From the NCBI GenBank assembly GCA_965199495.1, contig CBDASK010000003.1, positions 3,616,001 through 3,680,000 of the forward strand: a DNA stretch of 64,000 nt. The letters run 5' to 3'. This DNA comes from Abditibacterium sp. (GTDB taxonomy: Bacteria; Armatimonadota; Abditibacteriia; Abditibacteriales; Abditibacteriaceae). The notes under the pieces were generated by a model. That model was not told the origin of the DNA, ran no database searches, and saw nothing but the letters and a program-made list of their open reading frames with translations. The position numbers and the translations under genes are program-made. Of this stretch, positions 59,651 through 64,000 are shown one piece after another (the first letter of the stretch is position 1; the number at the start of each line of letters is the position of its first letter).

Positions 59651-60997
59651 ATGGCCAAATCTAAAATTCGCGAAATCGCGCTGATTTCGCTGCCGATTGT
59701 TTTTCTCGGTGGCTTCAGTTGGTGGGCGAACGGGCGCCAACAGCAGCGCGCCGCGCGCGAAAACGGGCCGTATCGCACGCGCTTGGTTTCGATGGAAGAT
59801 GTGCCGCTCACGCCGTTCGAGCGTTGGCAGGGATTTGACAGTAAAGTGCGCATCGTGGCCACCGACGAGGGCAAACCGGATTTGCCCGCGAGCTTCAGAT
59901 GGGGAGGCCGCCGGGAATTGGCCAGTGACATATTTTTGAGCGGTAAAAACGGCGCGAAATTGCCAGTTGCTTCCAATGGTCAGGGCGATATGAGACCCAG
60001 TGCGCGAAATCCAGGGGCGCTGATGCGCATTCTCGATTACGACCGAACGCGCACCGAATCTGAAAATTTAGAACTGACTTTTTTGGCTGATACCAAAGCT
60101 GTCGCTGGCAAGGCGAAGTTGCAAGGCGAAATTCGTTTTGAAATTCCCGTAGGCTTTTGCACAGCGCGTCCCCTGCAAATTGAACGCGATTTGCGCGCCC
60201 AAAATACGCTGATAAATCGCACTGCGCCCCGATTTATTTCGGCGCAAGTCGCGCATTTTTCGCCGCGCGAGACCGCCATCGATCCAACGGGAGACAACGG
60301 CGATACTTTCGTGGAGGCCGCTTTCGATTGCTCGGCCTTGAAAGGGGCGATGCCCAACGCGCACTTCGCTAATGAGATTCTCGAAGATGAGTTCGGTAAA
60401 GAGGTCGAGGAACTCGACGTCAATAGGACAGCCGCAAATCCCGCTGGGCAAATCACTTTTAACGACCGCGTTAAAACTTTCTCGATTCCGGCCAGTCGCG
60501 GGCAAATTACCTTTAAAACCTGGTTTTCCTATTGCGATTCGTGGCCAACTCTGGTTTCGGTTGTCGTGCGCCTGCGCCCGCATACAGCCACGCCTCGTAA
60601 GTTGATGTTGCAAAGCGTTCGTCTGGCGGGTTCAAACGTCGAAGCGCGCGTGCGTTATACGGGCAATTTGCCGCTTGGAACTGAGCAAAGTGCTGTGCGG
60701 CAGGACGTCTCAACGTTTATTGGCGACCGTCCCGCGCCGCGTGCTGCCGGAACTGACCGTTTACTCAGCAATTGGTCGCAACATCTCGAATTCGCGGGCG
60801 GCAAAAAGCAATGGTCGGGACAATATGTCGGCGATGCGCGCGCGCAGTGCAAGCCCGATAATACCTGCGTCGTGACGTATCCCATTCCCGCGATGAAAAG
60901 TTGGCTCCCCGGCCAACGCGCGCGGTTTCGCGCGCAAATCGGTATCGAAGACGACGGCTTTCTCGACATTGATTTGCCGATTGTCAAAGCGAAATAA
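59651..60997 (+). CDS. Membrane-anchored hypothetical protein
   Basis: 448-codon ORF with one N-terminal TM helix. Confidence 0.7.
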   Translation: MAKSKIREIALISLPIVFLGGFSWWANGRQQQRAARENGPYRTRLVSMEDVPLTPFERWQGFDSKVRIVATDEGKPDLPASFRWGGRRELASDIFLSGKNGAKLPVASNGQGDMRPSARNPGALMRILDYDRTRTESENLELTFLADTKAVAGKAKLQGEIRFEIPVGFCTARPLQIERDLRAQNTLINRTAPRFISAQVAHFSPRETAIDPTGDNGDTFVEAAFDCSALKGAMPNAHFANEILEDEFGKEVEELDVNRTAANPAGQITFNDRVKTFSIPASRGQITFKTWFSYCDSWPTLVSVVVRLRPHTATPRKLMLQSVRLAGSNVEARVRYTGNLPLGTEQSAVRQDVSTFIGDRPAPRAAGTDRLLSNWSQHLEFAGGKKQWSGQYVGDARAQCKPDNTCVVTYPIPAMKSWLPGQRARFRAQIGIEDDGFLDIDLPIVKAK

Positions 60998-61057
60998 GCG
61001 CGGGTTGGGCAAAAATGGGTAATCTATAAAGGGAAATTTTTCCCGGAAATTATTTGT

Positions 61058-62140
61058 ATGAGCAAGCTCCAAGTCGCCGTTATCGGCGCGACCGGCATCG
61101 CTGGTCAACAGTTTTTAGCCGCTTTGCCCGGCCATCCGCAGTTTGAAGTCGTCGCTTTGGCCGCATCCAAACGCAGCGCGGGCAAAACTTATCTCGACGC
61201 GATTCGCAACGAGTCCGGCATGATCGGTTGGTGGTGCGACGAACCGTTGCATCCCAATTATGCCGCGATGAAGGTGCAGGACGCCGCCGAGTTTGACGCG
61301 CAAAGCGTTGACGTGGTTTTCACCGCCGTCGAAAGCGACGCCGCCAAAACCATCGAGCCGATGTATGCAGCCACGACGCCCGTCATCTCGACGGCGAGCG
61401 CGTTTCGCTACTTCGACGATACGCCGATAATTATTCCCGGCGTCAACTCCGATCACGCGAAGTTGCTCGACCGCCAGCGTAAAGAACGCGGTTGGAAAGG
61501 TTTCGTGACGCCGATTCCCAACTGTACCGTCACCGGTTTGGCCGTGACGCTGCGCCCGATACTGGACGCGTTCGGCATCGAAAACGTGATGCTGACTTCG
61601 ATGCAAGCGATGAGCGGCGCCGGGCGCAACGGCGGCGTTCTGGGCATGGACGCTTTGGATAATATCATTCCCTATATCGCGGGCGAAGAAGAAAAAGTGC
61701 AACGCGAAGCGCAGAAGTTGCTGGGCACTTTGAACGGTGGGGAAATCGAAAACGCGCAATTTGGCGTTTCGGCGACTTGCACGCGCGCGGCTGTCATTGA
61801 CGGGCACACCGAAGCGGTCTTCGTGGCGACGGAGAAGCCATGCGACGTGGCTGCTGTGGCCGAGGCGATGCGCGCGTTCGATGGCGGACTGCGCGGTTTG
61901 TATTCGGCGCCCGAACATATTATTTATGTTCACGACGATCCGTTTCGCCCACAGGTGCGGCGCGACCGCGATATGGGCAACGGCATGACGACTGTTGTCG
62001 GACGTTTGCGCGAAGAGAAAATTTTGGGCACGCACGGCATCAAATATGTGTTGGTTTCGCACAACACCAAAATGGGCGCGGCCAAAGGCGCGATTTTGCT
62101 GGGCGAACTGTTGGTGCGCGAGGGAATTATCGGGAATTAG
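61058..62140 (+). CDS. asd: Aspartate-semialdehyde dehydrogenase (archaeal/fungal-like subtype)
   Basis: GATG.AGQQF, AASKRSAGK.Y, PNC, MQAMSGAG, NIIPYI.GEEEK, DGHT, SHNT..GAA. Confidence 0.95.
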   Translation: MSKLQVAVIGATGIAGQQFLAALPGHPQFEVVALAASKRSAGKTYLDAIRNESGMIGWWCDEPLHPNYAAMKVQDAAEFDAQSVDVVFTAVESDAAKTIEPMYAATTPVISTASAFRYFDDTPIIIPGVNSDHAKLLDRQRKERGWKGFVTPIPNCTVTGLAVTLRPILDAFGIENVMLTSMQAMSGAGRNGGVLGMDALDNIIPYIAGEEEKVQREAQKLLGTLNGGEIENAQFGVSATCTRAAVIDGHTEAVFVATEKPCDVAAVAEAMRAFDGGLRGLYSAPEHIIYVHDDPFRPQVRRDRDMGNGMTTVVGRLREEKILGTHGIKYVLVSHNTKMGAAKGAILLGELLVREGIIGN

Positions 62141-62217
62141 GAATGGAGAAGTTGCGTCTCGCGTTTGTTTTCGCAGATTTCAACTTGTCACTTCCAACTT
62201 CTGTATTCTTATAAGAT

Positions 62218-63231
62218 ATGCCAGAACCTGAAGTCGAACTTTACGACGACCAGCAATATCAAATTTCGAGCAAGGCCAGCGAGCGTCGCTTGGCGGCGGC
62301 ACGTCAGCGCGCGCGGCGCTGGCGGCGCGTGCGCGCCGTTGGAATTGTGGTCGCAGCCCTGCTGGTGACGGGACTTGTTGCGGGCGCCGTCGCGGCGGCG
62401 CGCGCGCCCGATTCCCCGCTCTTAATTGTGACGTGGCCCAAACCCAAGGTCGCGCAGGTTCTGGCGCCTTCGCAAACCGTTTTGGGGCGCGGCGGGCAAC
62501 CGTTCGAGGTCGGCATCACCAATCCCGAAGATTGGCAGGTAACGTGGAAAAGCGGCGCGGCCCAGCAAAAAGAGGGCACATTCAAGTGGGCGCCCGCCGA
62601 AGGGAGCGGCGAACTCAAGGTCAATTGCCATCCCCTCGCGCAGGGTTGGGAACGTTATTTCGGATTTTTGTGGCCCGACCGCGAGATTACACTCGCCAGC
62701 GTGACCGCCAAATCGGGCGGTAATTACGCGCGCCAAATCACGACTGGGGTGGACGGAGTCTGGGTTTATCCGCACATTTTCGCGTTGGGCGCCGTTTCGT
62801 GGGACGAACGCGCTTTGCCGGTGCTGGGGCAAGCCGCCGACCAATTGCCCAAAAACGCGCTCGATGACAAGCTGGCTCCGCTCCGCGCCCAGCCAACCGC
62901 CGGTTTGTGGCAGTTAGTTTCTAACTTCGACGGCAGCGCCGATTTGCCTTCGGAAGACGGCACATTCGCCGCGTTTCACGGCGCGGACATCGAGAATTCT
63001 CTGCCGCAAATCGCCGCGCGCATGGTGAAAATCGCGCCCGATGCCAGCATCAAATTCGTGCTGCGCCTCGACCGCGATCCCTCGCAGGGCATCGTTCGCA
63101 TCGCCTTCGACGGCAAACGTCAACGCCAGGCGTGGGTGCGCGAAAAAGGTCAAGCCGCTGGCAAGCCTTTGACCGGTTGGGAAGACGGTAATTACACGCC
63201 CAAAGCTCCCGAAATTGCGCCCGGCACTTGA
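62218..63231 (+). CDS. Single-pass membrane hypothetical protein
   Basis: Arg-rich segment then a TM helix; TATTCT 8 nt before ATG. Confidence 0.75.
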   Translation: MPEPEVELYDDQQYQISSKASERRLAAARQRARRWRRVRAVGIVVAALLVTGLVAGAVAAARAPDSPLLIVTWPKPKVAQVLAPSQTVLGRGGQPFEVGITNPEDWQVTWKSGAAQQKEGTFKWAPAEGSGELKVNCHPLAQGWERYFGFLWPDREITLASVTAKSGGNYARQITTGVDGVWVYPHIFALGAVSWDERALPVLGQAADQLPKNALDDKLAPLRAQPTAGLWQLVSNFDGSADLPSEDGTFAAFHGADIENSLPQIAARMVKIAPDASIKFVLRLDRDPSQGIVRIAFDGKRQRQAWVREKGQAAGKPLTGWEDGNYTPKAPEIAPGT

Positions 63232-63338
63232 AATTCATTTCCCACGAAAACACAAAAATCCCAAAGGTTTTGAAGAACTCTATTCGGAAAAAGAAAGTTC
63301 GACAACTTATTTTGCGTTTTCGTGGGAAATGAATTTCA
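63229..63338. repeat. Inverted repeat, 'CCAC(A/G)AAA..CACAAAA' family; begins with the TGA stop of the upstream gene
   Basis: tgaaattcatttcccacgaaaacacaaaa / ttttgcgttttcgtgggaaatgaatttca. Confidence 0.88.
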
Positions 63339-63445
63339 CTCTCATGCTCTCCATTAAAGCGAGCGTTAGGATGAGGGAAACGCTCAAATTTTCTTTGACT
63401 CCATACCATTGCACGCAGCCCCTTAGCTTGTCGCGCAACCTCTCT

Positions 63446-64000
63446 CTAAACCGCGTGCAACTGCGGCCAATCCAATTCGACGCCGTCCGATTTTAAGCGC
63501 GCCTGAAACTCATCCAACAACGGCCCGTTGCGCACGTCACGCGGGCTGGCGTTTTTGTCCAGACAAAACGCCGCAAGCGCGCCCGCCGCTTCGCCGATGT
63601 TCCACTCGACGGGATGCAAACGATAGCAGCCGTTGGTGATGTGCGTGGTGCCGATGTTTTTGCTGGCGGGCAACAAATTCTGCACGCGTTTGGGAATGAG
63701 CGCGCCCAAGGGAATTTGAAACGGCCAACTGCCGACATCAATGTAATTGTCGCCGTCCGAGCCGTCGCCGCTTTTGCCCGTCGAGGGATGCAGATCAATG
63801 CGGTAGCAACCGATGCCGACCGAATCGGCGAATTTACACGCGCCGTCGGGCCGCAATTCCGACGCGACGTGTTGCTCGCAAACCGTAAATTCGGCTTCGA
63901 TTCTCCGGCTTTCGCGAATGTAGGGAGTTTTCGCCAGCCCGTCGCGCGTGCCCACGATGTCGGGACGCAAGCGAATTTCGGGATAGCCGACGCCGTCTCC
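63446..64000 (-). CDS. FAD-dependent oxidoreductase (C-terminal part, partial)
   Basis: [32 protein letters not shown]...[23 protein letters not shown]; frame open to base 64000. Confidence 0.88.
   Translation of the reverse strand, partial: GDGVGYPEIRLRPDIVGTRDGLAKTPYIRESRRIEAEFTVCEQHVASELRPDGACKFADSVGIGCYRIDLHPSTGKSGDGSDGDNYIDVGSWPFQIPLGALIPKRVQNLLPASKNIGTTHITNGCYRLHPVEWNIGEAAGALAAFCLDKNASPRDVRNGPLLDEFQARLKSDGVELDWPQLHAV

Overview
A moderately GC-rich bacterial core-chromosome window with about 60 CDS and one tRNA. Gene content suggests an Armatimonadota/Abditibacteriota-like diderm; this is inference only. Housekeeping genes include larC/larB, secG with tRNA-Leu(GAG), CIRCE-groES-groEL, kdsD, pepF, rhaB, tsaD, ppa, crcB, cfa, rsmD, glf, dapB and asd. 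These are interleaved with secreted and membrane hypotheticals, an ECF sigma/anti-sigma/VIT-vWA operon and a degenerate PASTA kinase. I found no prophage, integrase or CRISPR array. Four signals stand out. (1) A non-palindromic motif, (W)GCAGCCACG, is embedded in coding sequence on both strands: 29 exact 9-mers and 45 core 8-mers by hand count, about one 9-mer per 2.2 kb. It is a candidate DNA-uptake-like or chromosome-wide protein-binding signal. (2) About 20 long intergenic palindromes of at least six families. One abuts a DUF559 nuclease, several have been co-opted as stop codons, start codons or C-termini, and one appears to supply the -10 boxes of both divergent genes rhaB and tsaD. (3) Many genes look leaderless, with TANNNT 5-9 nt before the start codon. 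(4) A rearranged nucleotidyltransferase/small-protein module with a hidden rlmN 3' remnant between dapB and asd, and elsewhere an HNH nuclease inactivated by one nonsense codon.
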